A stretch of 64,000 bases of DNA from an uncultured Candidatus Saccharibacteria bacterium (GCA_964538855.1 CAZIEY010000003.1:34435-98434), one strand, 5' to 3'; numbered from the stretch's first letter, positions 1 through 10,858 are shown. Translations and numbers: made by a program. The notes: generated by a model not told the origin, from the letters alone.

Positions 1-372
1 GCTATAGATTCTTTTGTCAAAAACCTTCTTGTGGGGGCCGTTGCACTCATTTTTGTTCCAGTGCTCGTTGCAGTATTGTTTGTGAGTTTAGTTGCAATGC
101 CGATCGGTTTCTTGATTTTCCTTGTTTATATTTTTATGCTCATTATTTCTCCGGCGCTTGCAAGTATCGTAATTGGTTCACTTGTGGGAAAAATGTTCGA
201 GAAGGAAGGGGAAGTCGGACATTATATTTCATTCCGCACTGTCGCAATCGGCGTGATTCTCTTCACTGTGTTGCAATTTGTTCCGTATCTTGGTGGGTTA
301 ACACGTCTTGTCTTCACACTTGTTGCAATCGGCGCTATATGTCGTTATACACAAAATGCAATCATAAAATAA
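1..372 (+). CDS. membrane protein, C-terminal part (truncated by window start)
   Basis: Frame open from base 1 to TAA at 370-372; several hydrophobic helices. Confidence 0.7.
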   Translation, partial: AIDSFVKNLLVGAVALIFVPVLVAVLFVSLVAMPIGFLIFLVYIFMLIISPALASIVIGSLVGKMFEKEGEVGHYISFRTVAIGVILFTVLQFVPYLGGLTRLVFTLVAIGAICRYTQNAIIK

Positions 373-375
373 AAT

Positions 376-1278
376 ATGTCTCTCAGAAACCTTTTTAAGA
401 AAAAGATAAATGTTGTTACACATAATGGGGCATTTCATGCAGATGATATTTTTGCAGTGGCACTTCTCGATATAGTACACGATGGAAATATTTCTATTAC
501 ACGAACCCGCGATCAAAAAATAATCGATAAGGGTGATGTCGTGGTAGATGTTGGTATGGTATACGACGTGTCAAAACGTCGATTCGATCATCATCAAGCG
601 GAAGGGGCAGGGGATCGCGGAGACGGTATTCCGTATTCTGCGTGCGGCTTGGTCTGGAAACATTTTGGTTATCAAATTGTTCCTGATGTCGCAGCTTGGA
701 CTTTGATTGATACAGAATTGATTCTGCAAATTGATGCAAGCGATAATGCAGTGCAACTTTTTACTTCGACCAAAGTCGCGGACGATTATTGGGACTTTGA
801 TAAAATTTTTAAAACGTTTAATCCAAAGGATAGACTCTCAAAACGTGCTGATGTTGAATTTGCACGCGCTGTCATGTTTGCAAAAAAATTCCTTCGAGCA
901 TATTTTACAAAAGTTGCAGACCAAATATCTTTTTGGGGTGTCGTCGAACATGCATATACTACCGCAACTGATAAACGAATTATCGTGTTACCAGAAGGTG
1001 GCAGTTGGGTCACGCCTATCGTTGCGAAAAAAGAACCATTGTTTGTTGTATTTCAAACTCAAGATAAAAAGGGGTGGGCAGTACGCGGCGTACCACTTGA
1101 CAAGGCATCTTTTGAAGTAAGAAAGACCCTCCCAGAAAGCTGGCGAGGTAAAAAAGACATTGACTTTGTTAGTGTTTCCGGTGTTGCTACCGCAAAGTTC
1201 TGTCATCGAACCGGTTATATGGCTATTACGGAAACTTTTGAAGATGCGATGCAATTAGTGAATAAGGCGTTGCAATAA
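376..1278 (+). CDS. MYG1-family metal-dependent hydrolase/exonuclease (DHH superfamily)
   Basis: THNGAFHADD, VVVDVG, FDHHQ and FCHRTGY motifs. Confidence 0.9.
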   Translation: MSLRNLFKKKINVVTHNGAFHADDIFAVALLDIVHDGNISITRTRDQKIIDKGDVVVDVGMVYDVSKRRFDHHQAEGAGDRGDGIPYSACGLVWKHFGYQIVPDVAAWTLIDTELILQIDASDNAVQLFTSTKVADDYWDFDKIFKTFNPKDRLSKRADVEFARAVMFAKKFLRAYFTKVADQISFWGVVEHAYTTATDKRIIVLPEGGSWVTPIVAKKEPLFVVFQTQDKKGWAVRGVPLDKASFEVRKTLPESWRGKKDIDFVSVSGVATAKFCHRTGYMAITETFEDAMQLVNKALQ

Positions 1279-1413
1279 AAGGCTATACTGTGGACAAATA
1301 CCCCTTTGTTTTCAAACGAGGTCTATAATTGTAGGTACGAGCTTTTAAAAGAGTCTCGTTCAATATTGAATGAATTTATTGAAAGTTTAGTAATAATTAA
1401 ATTAAATCGAATC

Positions 1414-1917
1414 ATGAAAAAGTTAACAAAAGGTTTTACGTTGATTGAATTGCTCGTGGTTATCGCAATCATCGGTATTCTTTCATCAGTTGTGCTCGCT
1501 TCATTGAACACAGCTCGATCAAAGGGAACAGATGCTGCTATTAAAGCAAACATGAATGGTATCCGAGCTCAAGCAGAATTGGTGTACGATGATCAGAAGT
1601 GTTACGGAGACGGAGCCGGTGCTTGTGCTACTGCTGCAGTTGCTCCTGGTGCCTGTACAACTACTGCCGATACAATCTTCGCACAAACTAATATTGCCGC
1701 TCAAATTCTTGCCGCTAAGAACGCTGGAACTACTTTGAACGCTTGTTCATCTCCTGCTAATCAAACTGCATGGGCAGTTGTGACTCAGTTGAAGAATGAT
1801 CCTTTGAAGGGATTCTGTGTTGATAGTACTGGTAAAGCAAAAGAAGTTACAATGGCTGGATCAGCTCAAGCTGACGTTACTGCTGAAATCAACGCTTCAG
1901 GTGCTTGTGTAGATTAA
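1414..1917 (+). CDS. type IV major pilin
   Basis: Class III signal KG/FTLIELLVVIAIIGIL from ATG 1414; C-terminal Cys residues; own terminator. Confidence 0.9.
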   Translation: MKKLTKGFTLIELLVVIAIIGILSSVVLASLNTARSKGTDAAIKANMNGIRAQAELVYDDQKCYGDGAGACATAAVAPGACTTTADTIFAQTNIAAQILAAKNAGTTLNACSSPANQTAWAVVTQLKNDPLKGFCVDSTGKAKEVTMAGSAQADVTAEINASGACVD

Positions 1918-1944
1918 TCTAAATTTACATTTGGGTATAGTCTA

Positions 1945-1973
1945 AAAACACCACCCAAACTGGGTGGTGTTTT
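1945..1973 (+). terminator. rho-independent terminator after pilin
   Basis: AAAACACCACCCA-AAC-TGGGTGGTGTTTT. Confidence 0.85.
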
Positions 1974-1988
1974 GTTATAATAGATCCA

Positions 1989-2804
1989 ATGGAAATATTT
2001 GGCGAAATATTCGTTTTGATATTCGGTGCCATCATTGGCAGTTTTTTGAACGTTGTGATTTTGCGTTACGGAACAGGGCGCAGTGTCGGTGGGCGGTCTG
2101 GGTGTATGTCATGCGGATATAAATTACGATGGTATGATATGGTGCCGATTTTTTCGTGGCTTGCCATTCGTGGAAAATGTCGTCGATGTAAGTCAAAAAT
2201 TTCAAAGCAATATCCACTTGTAGAATTAGGAACCGCAATTGTCTTCGGACTCATTGCACGGCAAGTTTTGTTGACTGGCGTCGATGTACAGATAGGTGCC
2301 TTGATGTTTGTCTGGTATGCAATTATCGCAGCACTTCTTATTGTTATTTTTGTGTACGACATGCGTCACAAAATCATTCCGGATGGGCTATCATACACAT
2401 TCACGCTCATGGCATTCACGCAGACATTGTATCTATTACCACCGCATTTTTGGCAAGTTCCATCGGCATGGCTCAATTTGTTTTCTGGTCTCATTATTGC
2501 CGCGCCATTTTTTCTAATTTGGTATTTCTCGAACGGCCGGTTAATGGGTTTTGGCGACATTAAATTAATGCTCGGTATTGGCTGGTTTTTCGGTCTTATA
2601 AATGGGATTTTCGCTGTCATGCTCGCGTTTTGGATTGGTGCGGTGTGTGGGCTTGGACTTATGCTCATGAGTCGTTTGAATAAACGAACTTCACGTATTA
2701 CAATGAAACAAGAAATTCCTTTCGCCCCTTTTCTCATCCTCGGAATTTTGATTCAATTTTTCTGGCCATGTAATCTGTTTATGCTTGGCACCTTCTTTAT
2801 ATAA
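1989..2804 (+). CDS. pilD: prepilin peptidase (A24)
   Basis: GSFLNVVILR, two CxxC pairs, D..HKIIPD, MGFGDIKL, IPFAPF. Confidence 0.95.
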   Translation: MEIFGEIFVLIFGAIIGSFLNVVILRYGTGRSVGGRSGCMSCGYKLRWYDMVPIFSWLAIRGKCRRCKSKISKQYPLVELGTAIVFGLIARQVLLTGVDVQIGALMFVWYAIIAALLIVIFVYDMRHKIIPDGLSYTFTLMAFTQTLYLLPPHFWQVPSAWLNLFSGLIIAAPFFLIWYFSNGRLMGFGDIKLMLGIGWFFGLINGIFAVMLAFWIGAVCGLGLMLMSRLNKRTSRITMKQEIPFAPFLILGILIQFFWPCNLFMLGTFFI

Positions 2805-3469
2805 TGAAAAAAATCGCATCACAATTTAAAAAAGGTTTCACCATTCTCGAGATGCTTATGGTGCTTGCGATTTTCGGTATCTTGACCGCAGTCATTGTGT
2901 TTAATTACGGGGAATTCAATAGCAAGACTATTATGACCAATATGGCATACGAAGCAGCGCTTTCGATTCGGCAGGCGCAGGTATACAGTTTGTCGGTGCG
3001 AGGTGATGTCGGTGTTCCAAATTTCGATAATCATTACGGTATTTATGTGAATCCAACTATCGATAATAAATCTTTTGCTTTCTTTATTGATCGTGTAGAG
3101 AATGGTGTAACGGATGGAGCTTGTAATGCGGACGGTACTTGTCTGTCGTGTAGCGCTACAGACAGTGAGTGTCTAGAAAAAATATCCCTTACTCGTGATG
3201 TGGTGGTATCACGCATTTGCCTAAGTTTTGATCCGCAATCTATTGTAGATCGTGATACAGGACTTTGTAGTGAGGATGAGGTCGGTGAATTAACTTTGAC
3301 TTTTGAGCGTCCTAATCCAGACGCAGTCGTCAGAACAGGTTCAGATATTGTACCAGGCGCTAATGTCGCAATTGTTTTGAAAACAAGCTACGGTAATCAG
3401 CGTGCTATTATTGTAAAATCAACTGGTTTAATTTCAGTAGAGTCAATCGGAAATGAATCATCAATATGA
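2804..3469 (+). CDS. minor pilin (FimT/GspH-like)
   Basis: KG/FTILEMLMVLAIFGIL N-methylation motif. Confidence 0.85.
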   Translation: MKKIASQFKKGFTILEMLMVLAIFGILTAVIVFNYGEFNSKTIMTNMAYEAALSIRQAQVYSLSVRGDVGVPNFDNHYGIYVNPTIDNKSFAFFIDRVENGVTDGACNADGTCLSCSATDSECLEKISLTRDVVVSRICLSFDPQSIVDRDTGLCSEDEVGELTLTFERPNPDAVVRTGSDIVPGANVAIVLKTSYGNQRAIIVKSTGLISVESIGNESSI

Positions 3470-4002
3470 TAAAAACCACTCCACAGAAAAATAGCGGCTT
3501 TACTTTGATCGAAATGTTGGTCGCGGTTGCATTATTTTCTATTGTGTTGATTATTGCTATGGGTTCGATTATTACAATTGTTGATGTGAATAGAAAATCA
3601 CAATCACTTACAACAGTAATGAACGATTTGAATTTTTCTTTGGAAAATATGACGCGTACCATCAAGACGGGTGTATTGCAAGAACCATCGTCTTCGGATG
3701 GACGCGATTGGAATTCCATCACAGTGATGAATCAGGACGATGAAAGAATAGTCTTTTCATTTGACCAGGGTAAAGGTGCTATTATGCGCCAAAAAGATGG
3801 GGAAGATGCGTTTCCGTTCACATCTGAACAAATACATATCGATAATTTACGCTTCAGAGTATTTTCAGATGATAGTAACTTACAGCCACGCATCTTAATC
3901 ATGCTCGAGGGTACTGCATCTACCAGTCCTTCTATTAGTTCAAATTTCATTATTCAAACGAGTGTGTCACAGCGTGATTTGAGAACTGACAGATTCAAAT
4001 AA
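3466..4002 (+). CDS. minor pilin (PilW/GspJ-like)
   Basis: SG/FTLIEMLVAVALF. Confidence 0.85.
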   Translation: MIKTTPQKNSGFTLIEMLVAVALFSIVLIIAMGSIITIVDVNRKSQSLTTVMNDLNFSLENMTRTIKTGVLQEPSSSDGRDWNSITVMNQDDERIVFSFDQGKGAIMRQKDGEDAFPFTSEQIHIDNLRFRVFSDDSNLQPRILIMLEGTASTSPSISSNFIIQTSVSQRDLRTDRFK

Positions 4003-4003
4003 C

Positions 4004-4612
4004 ATGAAAACAATTTTGAGACAAAAAAATAAAGGCTTCACGATTATAGAGACATTGGTGGCTATTTCGCTTTTATTACTCGCCATCACTGGTCCTATGG
4101 TATTTGCTCAAACTGGTTTGCGTGCAGCATTTCAATCTCGTGATCAAATTACTGCATTTTATTTGGCTCATGACGCCATTGAATTTATTAAAAACCGCCG
4201 AGATCATTTGATTTTGGAAAAAGATTCCGAAAGTTGGTTGGATGCTTTTGTTGGATGTGAATCCGAATCGAATAGTAGAGAAGGTGGGTGTACGTTGGAT
4301 ACTACCACTGCGATGGGTGAAGTTGCCGAATGTAATTTTAGCGGAACCTTGGCGATAGGTTGTTTGGGTGAAAATCCAAATGGTCAAGAAGATAGTCATT
4401 TAAAAATAAATGCTAATGATGGCGGAGTGATCGGTTTTGATGGTTCTGTTAATTCCATTTTTTCTCGTACCGTGTATGTTGATGAGGGGGCCGATCCTCA
4501 AGAGGCACGCGTAACCGTGATTGTTCGATGGAGAAGCCATGAAAATTTAGGTGTGCGCGAAATTCAAGTTGTAGAGTATGCACGCAACTGGGCAAAGGCG
4601 CTTAAAATATAA
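4004..4612 (+). CDS. minor pilin (PilV/GspI-like)
   Basis: KG/FTIIETLVAISLL; AFYLAHDAIEFIKNRRD. Confidence 0.85.
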   Translation: MKTILRQKNKGFTIIETLVAISLLLLAITGPMVFAQTGLRAAFQSRDQITAFYLAHDAIEFIKNRRDHLILEKDSESWLDAFVGCESESNSREGGCTLDTTTAMGEVAECNFSGTLAIGCLGENPNGQEDSHLKINANDGGVIGFDGSVNSIFSRTVYVDEGADPQEARVTVIVRWRSHENLGVREIQVVEYARNWAKALKI

Positions 4613-4613
4613 T

Positions 4614-5171
4614 ATGAAAAAGATATTATCTACAAAAGAAGAAAAAGGGTTCACGCTGTTATTTGCGGTGATTGTTTCAACACTCGTTCTTGCAGTCGGC
4701 GGTTCGATTATCAATATTGCCTTGAAGCAAGTCGTTTTGTCGGGTATTGGTCGTGAATCGCAATATGCTTTTTATGCAGCAAGCACCGGAATAGAATGCG
4801 CGTATTATTGGGACATTGCTGGAGTTAATGGCGCAAGTGCTTTTGCGACAAGTACTGGATTTAACGAAGACTCGTTGGATGCAAAATGTGCGGGCACTGA
4901 TGATATTTACGACAAAACTGCAGTGGATCTGGGTGGAGCAGGATTTAATGTTGACAATATTTTAAACCCTGTAGTTACATCATATTTTAGACTCAATAAA
5001 TTTACAGACATAGAGGGAAAAGAGTTGGATTATTGTGCAGATGTTCGGGTTATGAAAAACATTGCACCGTCTGGTCAAGTTGCTTCAACCACTATCGAAT
5101 CTCGAGGGTATAATACATGTGATGTGAATAATCCGCGCCGTATTGAAAGAGGTTTGGAAATGCACTACTAA
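4614..5171 (+). CDS. minor pilin, PilX/GspK-like (no Glu5)
   Basis: KG/FTLLFAVIV lacks E5; SQYAFYAASTGIECA; IESRG near C terminus. Confidence 0.8.
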   Translation: MKKILSTKEEKGFTLLFAVIVSTLVLAVGGSIINIALKQVVLSGIGRESQYAFYAASTGIECAYYWDIAGVNGASAFATSTGFNEDSLDAKCAGTDDIYDKTAVDLGGAGFNVDNILNPVVTSYFRLNKFTDIEGKELDYCADVRVMKNIAPSGQVASTTIESRGYNTCDVNNPRRIERGLEMHY

Positions 5172-5176
5172 TTTGA

Positions 5177-7204
<2,028 letters not shown>

Positions 7205-7233
7205 TTGCCTTGTGATATAGTAATTTCATATTT

Positions 7234-7518
7234 ATGAATGAAGCTGGAGTTAAAAAATTAGCGCAACTTTCTCGTCTTGAATTAACCGATGCCGAGATTG
7301 CAAAATATACCGGAGAGATTTCCGATATTTTGGCTTATTTTGATTCATTAAAATCTGCTTCTGGCGCCGCGACTGATTTACATATTGAAAACTCATCGAA
7401 TCGTAATGTTATGCGACCAGATGAAGTGCCGCACAATTCAGAAAGTCATACCGAAATTCTCCTAGCTTCTGCACCGGAACACTCTGGAGGTTATGTTAAA
7501 GTAAAGAAAATTTTATGA
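7234..7518 (+). CDS. gatC: Asp/Glu-tRNA amidotransferase subunit C
   Basis: KLAQLSRLEL, MRPDE, YVKVKKIL; overlaps gatA start. Confidence 0.9.
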   Translation: MNEAGVKKLAQLSRLELTDAEIAKYTGEISDILAYFDSLKSASGAATDLHIENSSNRNVMRPDEVPHNSESHTEILLASAPEHSGGYVKVKKIL

Positions 7519-8936
7519 TTGATTTTTCCACACTGACTATTAAAAGTGCTGCGCAAGGTTTGAAAAAAGGCGAATTCAAGGTAGCTGATGTAGTGAACTT
7601 TTACGTGAAAAATTTGAAGGCGAAAAATCCCGAAATGAATGCGGTGCTCGAGATATTTTCCGATATTGATGAACAGGTTTCTGTTGCGCAGAAAAAACTT
7701 GATAGTGGCACTGGAACAGATTTGACAGGGATCCCTGTTGTTATCAAAGATAATATCGTGGTCAAAGGTCGCATCGCGAGCGCGTCTTCAAAAGTTCTTG
7801 AAAATTATGTTTCGACGTATACTGCAACAGCTGCGCAAAAAATGATTGATCAAGGCGCTGTTATTATCGGTCGAGCCAACATGGACGAGTTTGCTATGGG
7901 TGGATCAACAGAAAATTCGGCGTTTGGTCCGACTAAAAATCCACTTGATGTAACTCGTGTAGCCGGAGGTTCTTCGGGAGGTTCTGCGGCTGCTATAGCG
8001 ATGGGTGGTGCTCTTTTTGCACTTGGGTCAGACACGGGCGGTTCTATTCGCCAACCTGCGAGCTTTTGTGGTGTTGTTGGCCTTAAACCAACGTATGGAA
8101 GTGTCTCACGACATGGTTTAATGGCGATGTCGAGCTCACTTGACGTAATTGGTCCAATTACTAAAAATGTTGAGGACGCCGAAATAGTTTTCAATGCGAT
8201 TGCGGGGAAAGATGAAAAAGATTCTACCACAGTCGAAATTGGTAAAGATATTATTACTTCAAAACCTGTTAAAAAAATCGGCGTGCCAATGTCGTATCTC
8301 AAAAAGGGAATTGATGCTGATGTTTTGGAACAATTTCAAAACTCTTTGAAGAAGTTAGAAACGAACGGCTATGAAATCGTTAATATTGATTTACCGAATC
8401 TGGATCATTCTCTCGCGGTGTATTACATCTTGATGCCTGCTGAGGTTTCATCAAATATGGCTCGTTTCGATGGTATTAGGTTTGGTGGCCGCGTAGAGGG
8501 CGACAACTTAATTCAAGGATATTTTAAAACTCGAGGAACTTTGATTGGACGTGAAGTAAAACGCCGTATCATGCTCGGTGCGTATGTTTTATCTGCTGGG
8601 TACGCAGATCAGTATTATCGAAAAGGCTGGCAAGTTCGCAATATGATCTCTGCTGAAATCAAAAAAGCTTTTGAACAAGTTGACGTGATTGCTATTCCGA
8701 CTTCTCCAGTACCAGCATTTAAAATTGGAGAAAAATCAGCAGATCCAATGGCGATGTATTTGGCAGATATTTTTACTATTTTTGCAAACCTTGTCGGAGT
8801 GCCTGCGATTTCGATTCCTGACGGCACAGTTGAACGCGATGGCTCGATACTTCCAACTGGCCTACAATTAATTGCTCCACACCTAGGCGAACAACGTCTC
8901 TTTGAAATTGGACGAAAATTTGAGACAATTAGGTAG
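7515..8936 (+). CDS. gatA: Asp/Glu-tRNA amidotransferase subunit A
   Basis: Amidase signature GGSSGGSAAA, GSDTGGSIRQPA, EVKRRIMLG. Confidence 0.97.
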   Translation: MIDFSTLTIKSAAQGLKKGEFKVADVVNFYVKNLKAKNPEMNAVLEIFSDIDEQVSVAQKKLDSGTGTDLTGIPVVIKDNIVVKGRIASASSKVLENYVSTYTATAAQKMIDQGAVIIGRANMDEFAMGGSTENSAFGPTKNPLDVTRVAGGSSGGSAAAIAMGGALFALGSDTGGSIRQPASFCGVVGLKPTYGSVSRHGLMAMSSSLDVIGPITKNVEDAEIVFNAIAGKDEKDSTTVEIGKDIITSKPVKKIGVPMSYLKKGIDADVLEQFQNSLKKLETNGYEIVNIDLPNLDHSLAVYYILMPAEVSSNMARFDGIRFGGRVEGDNLIQGYFKTRGTLIGREVKRRIMLGAYVLSAGYADQYYRKGWQVRNMISAEIKKAFEQVDVIAIPTSPVPAFKIGEKSADPMAMYLADIFTIFANLVGVPAISIPDGTVERDGSILPTGLQLIAPHLGEQRLFEIGRKFETIR

Positions 8937-8938
8937 AA

Positions 8939-9901
8939 ATGGCAGATAAGAAAGAAAAATCTTCAGGTGGAGGTTCAAGTATCAACCCACAAGGTGTGAT
9001 GGGGATTGTGTTCGTTATTATGTTGCTTCTTACTGTGGTGAATAATGGCCTCAAGAGTGATAATTGGGTTGGGCGTCTATTCGGCGGAGGCGATACAGAA
9101 TATTCAGATGGTGATGTGATAATTAATAAACAAGACGTTCGAGTGCGCCAATCTGTGGGCGGGGCCATTATTGGAACTCAAGCAAAATTAGTGACCGGAA
9201 AAATTGTACAAGGTCCGATCGAACAGTTCGACAAATTGTGGTGGCGCGTCAATTATGAGGAGGCTCCTGACGGATGGGTAGAAGGAAGCCTCATTTCTAA
9301 CAAAGTAGGAACACAAAGGCTTTTTAATATCTTCCCGCTTACGTTTGGGTTTATGCGCCCTGTGTTCGTGGTGCTTTGTTTAGTTGGTTTTATTGTACTT
9401 TTCGTTATTGTATTAAAAACAAGAGCTCTTCATTATATGATTGCAAAAAAACAGGCCCAAGAAGAGGAGCAAAAATTGTTAAAGCAAGGGAATATGCCAA
9501 GGCCAGATATACGACCAGCTGATGAAACTGTGCCCGATTTGCCTGTGCCGAATTTGCCAGTCGGAGAGAGTCCTAAGACCGAAGATGTACATAATAAACG
9601 CTGGGCGAATATTCAGGGTCTTATTCGTTCGTACAATGCCAACGATTGGAAGCAGGCGGTGATTGAGGCAGATATTATATTGGATGAAATGTTAGAGCGA
9701 ATGGGTTACAAAGGAAAATCAATTGGTGAAAAGTTAAAGACTGTCCAGCCTAGCGATTTTATGACTTTGGATCAGGCGTGGGAAGCTCATAAATTCAGAA
9801 ATCGAGTCGCTCACGGAAGCTCGTATGTTTTAACTAGGGATGAAGCGGAGCGTGTCATCAAAATGTACGAAGAAGTGTTCAACGAGTTTTTCTATGTGTA
9901 A
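8939..9901 (+). CDS. two-TM membrane protein with SH3-like loop and C-terminal HEPN-like domain
   Basis: Two hydrophobic segments flank WWRVNY..DGWV; C-terminal AVIEAD...AWEAHKFRNRVAH (RxxxxH). Confidence 0.6.
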   Translation: MADKKEKSSGGGSSINPQGVMGIVFVIMLLLTVVNNGLKSDNWVGRLFGGGDTEYSDGDVIINKQDVRVRQSVGGAIIGTQAKLVTGKIVQGPIEQFDKLWWRVNYEEAPDGWVEGSLISNKVGTQRLFNIFPLTFGFMRPVFVVLCLVGFIVLFVIVLKTRALHYMIAKKQAQEEEQKLLKQGNMPRPDIRPADETVPDLPVPNLPVGESPKTEDVHNKRWANIQGLIRSYNANDWKQAVIEADIILDEMLERMGYKGKSIGEKLKTVQPSDFMTLDQAWEAHKFRNRVAHGSSYVLTRDEAERVIKMYEEVFNEFFYV

Positions 9902-9960
9902 GGTGTTGATTTTTGGTCCAAATATGGTATTCTAAATATCTAGTATTTTTTGCTAGCTAT

Positions 9961-10031
9961 CGCGGGGTAGAGGAGAAGTACCTCGAGAGGCTCATAACCT
10001 CTAGACCCCGGTGCAATTCCGGGCCCCGCAA
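9961..10031 (+). tRNA. tRNA-fMet (initiator, CAT)
   Basis: Cloverleaf CGCGGGG/CCCCGCA with C1-A72 mismatch; anticodon loop CTCATAA; CCA not encoded. Confidence 0.88.
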
Positions 10032-10044
10032 CAACGATTCGACT

Positions 10045-10206
10045 TCATATAAAATGCAGGAGTATGTTTTGTCAGCACGCTGTATTTTTCCTTATCAGGA
10101 AAAATCAGCTCGTTCTCGGACGAATAATAAAGTTTTAGTAAACTACATTTGTTATTTCACTCGTCCTCCGAAAGTCTTCCAAAACATACTCCTGCATTTT
10201 ATATGA
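10045..10206. repeat. structured interspersed element, copy 1 (27-bp perfect terminal inverted repeat)
   Basis: 10045-10071 is the exact reverse complement of 10180-10206; core matches 57739-57824 in opposite orientation. Confidence 0.9.
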
Positions 10207-10275
10207 GATTTCGTACTGAGAGATATGGATGGGATTGCTAAATCGCCAAAAACGTATTATATTACAAGGGTTAAT

Positions 10276-10352
10276 GTCGACGTAGCTCAGAAGGTTAGAG
10301 CATAGCACTCATAAAGCTAAGGTCGGTGGTTCGATTCCACCCGTCGACACCA
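10276..10352 (+). tRNA. tRNA-Met (CAT), probably elongator
   Basis: GTCGACG/CGTCGAC acceptor, CTCATAA loop, TTCGATT T-loop, encoded CCA. Confidence 0.9.
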
Positions 10353-10436
10353 TTTGACTTTGATGTAGGTAGATGTTTAAATAGTTTTAGGCCAGGATGA
10401 TTTTGTAAGTGCTTCCTCAAAAGAAGGAGATTCTTT

Positions 10437-10643
10437 ATGAGAAAAGGTCCAAAACATGACCTGAGGAGGAAGGGGTCTAAGAAACCCAAACCTCAAGTCA
10501 CCGTAGAGATGGCGCTGAAAGATGAATGCGGATGGTGTAGTGATGTCGGACCGTGCATCTATTGCACCCGAGGTCTCGACTACATCTTCGCCCGTAATCT
10601 TTCTTGGGACTGGCGTCATGCGACACCAGTTTTCGGATCATGA
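10437..10643 (+). CDS. small basic protein with CxxC-x5-CxxC (putative Zn finger)
   Basis: AGGAG Shine-Dalgarno before ATG; CGWC and CIYC; hairpin with T-run follows. Confidence 0.55.
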   Translation: MRKGPKHDLRRKGSKKPKPQVTVEMALKDECGWCSDVGPCIYCTRGLDYIFARNLSWDWRHATPVFGS

Positions 10644-10670
10644 AACTCACGTTGGCGCGCGTGGGTTTTT
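10644..10670 (+). terminator. putative terminator
   Basis: AAACTCACG...CGTGGGTTT followed by T-run. Confidence 0.55.
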
Positions 10671-10733
10671 CTATTGCCTCACTTAGTAAAACGTGTATAA
10701 TAAGCTCCAATCGGCTATTTAGTCGATGAATAT

Positions 10734-10807
10734 GCGGGCGTAGCTCAGCTGGTTAGAGCGTCCGCCTGTCACGCGGAAGGTCGTGGGTTCAAGTCCCATC
10801 GCTCGCG
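10734..10807 (+). tRNA. tRNA-Asp (GTC)
   Basis: TCCGC-CTGTCAC-GCGGA anticodon arm; G73; CCA not encoded. Confidence 0.95.
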
Positions 10808-10808
10808 C

Positions 10809-10858
10809 ATATAAACAAATCGCTTCGTTCGAATAGGATGAGGTGATTTTGTTTATAT
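10809..10858 (+). terminator. hairpin/terminator after tRNA-Asp
   Basis: ATAAACAAATCGCTTC...GAGGTGATTTTGTTTAT, imperfect stem with G-U pairs. Confidence 0.6.

Noticed and set aside
1289-1297. DnaA-box-like TGTGGACAA
   Set aside because: Single imperfect copy; no cluster or origin context
7234-8936. gatB missing after gatCA
   Set aside because: gatB is often encoded separately; absence cannot be judged from one window
10072-10179. Hammerhead ribozyme interpretation of the three-way junction
   Set aside because: The CUGAUGA core is absent on both strands of both copies
9913-10206. 97-aa ORF
   Set aside because: Overlaps the tRNA-fMet gene and the inverted-repeat element; likely spurious
10045-10206. 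Classical MITE
   Set aside because: Terminal repeats are not shared between copies and no target-site duplication is visible
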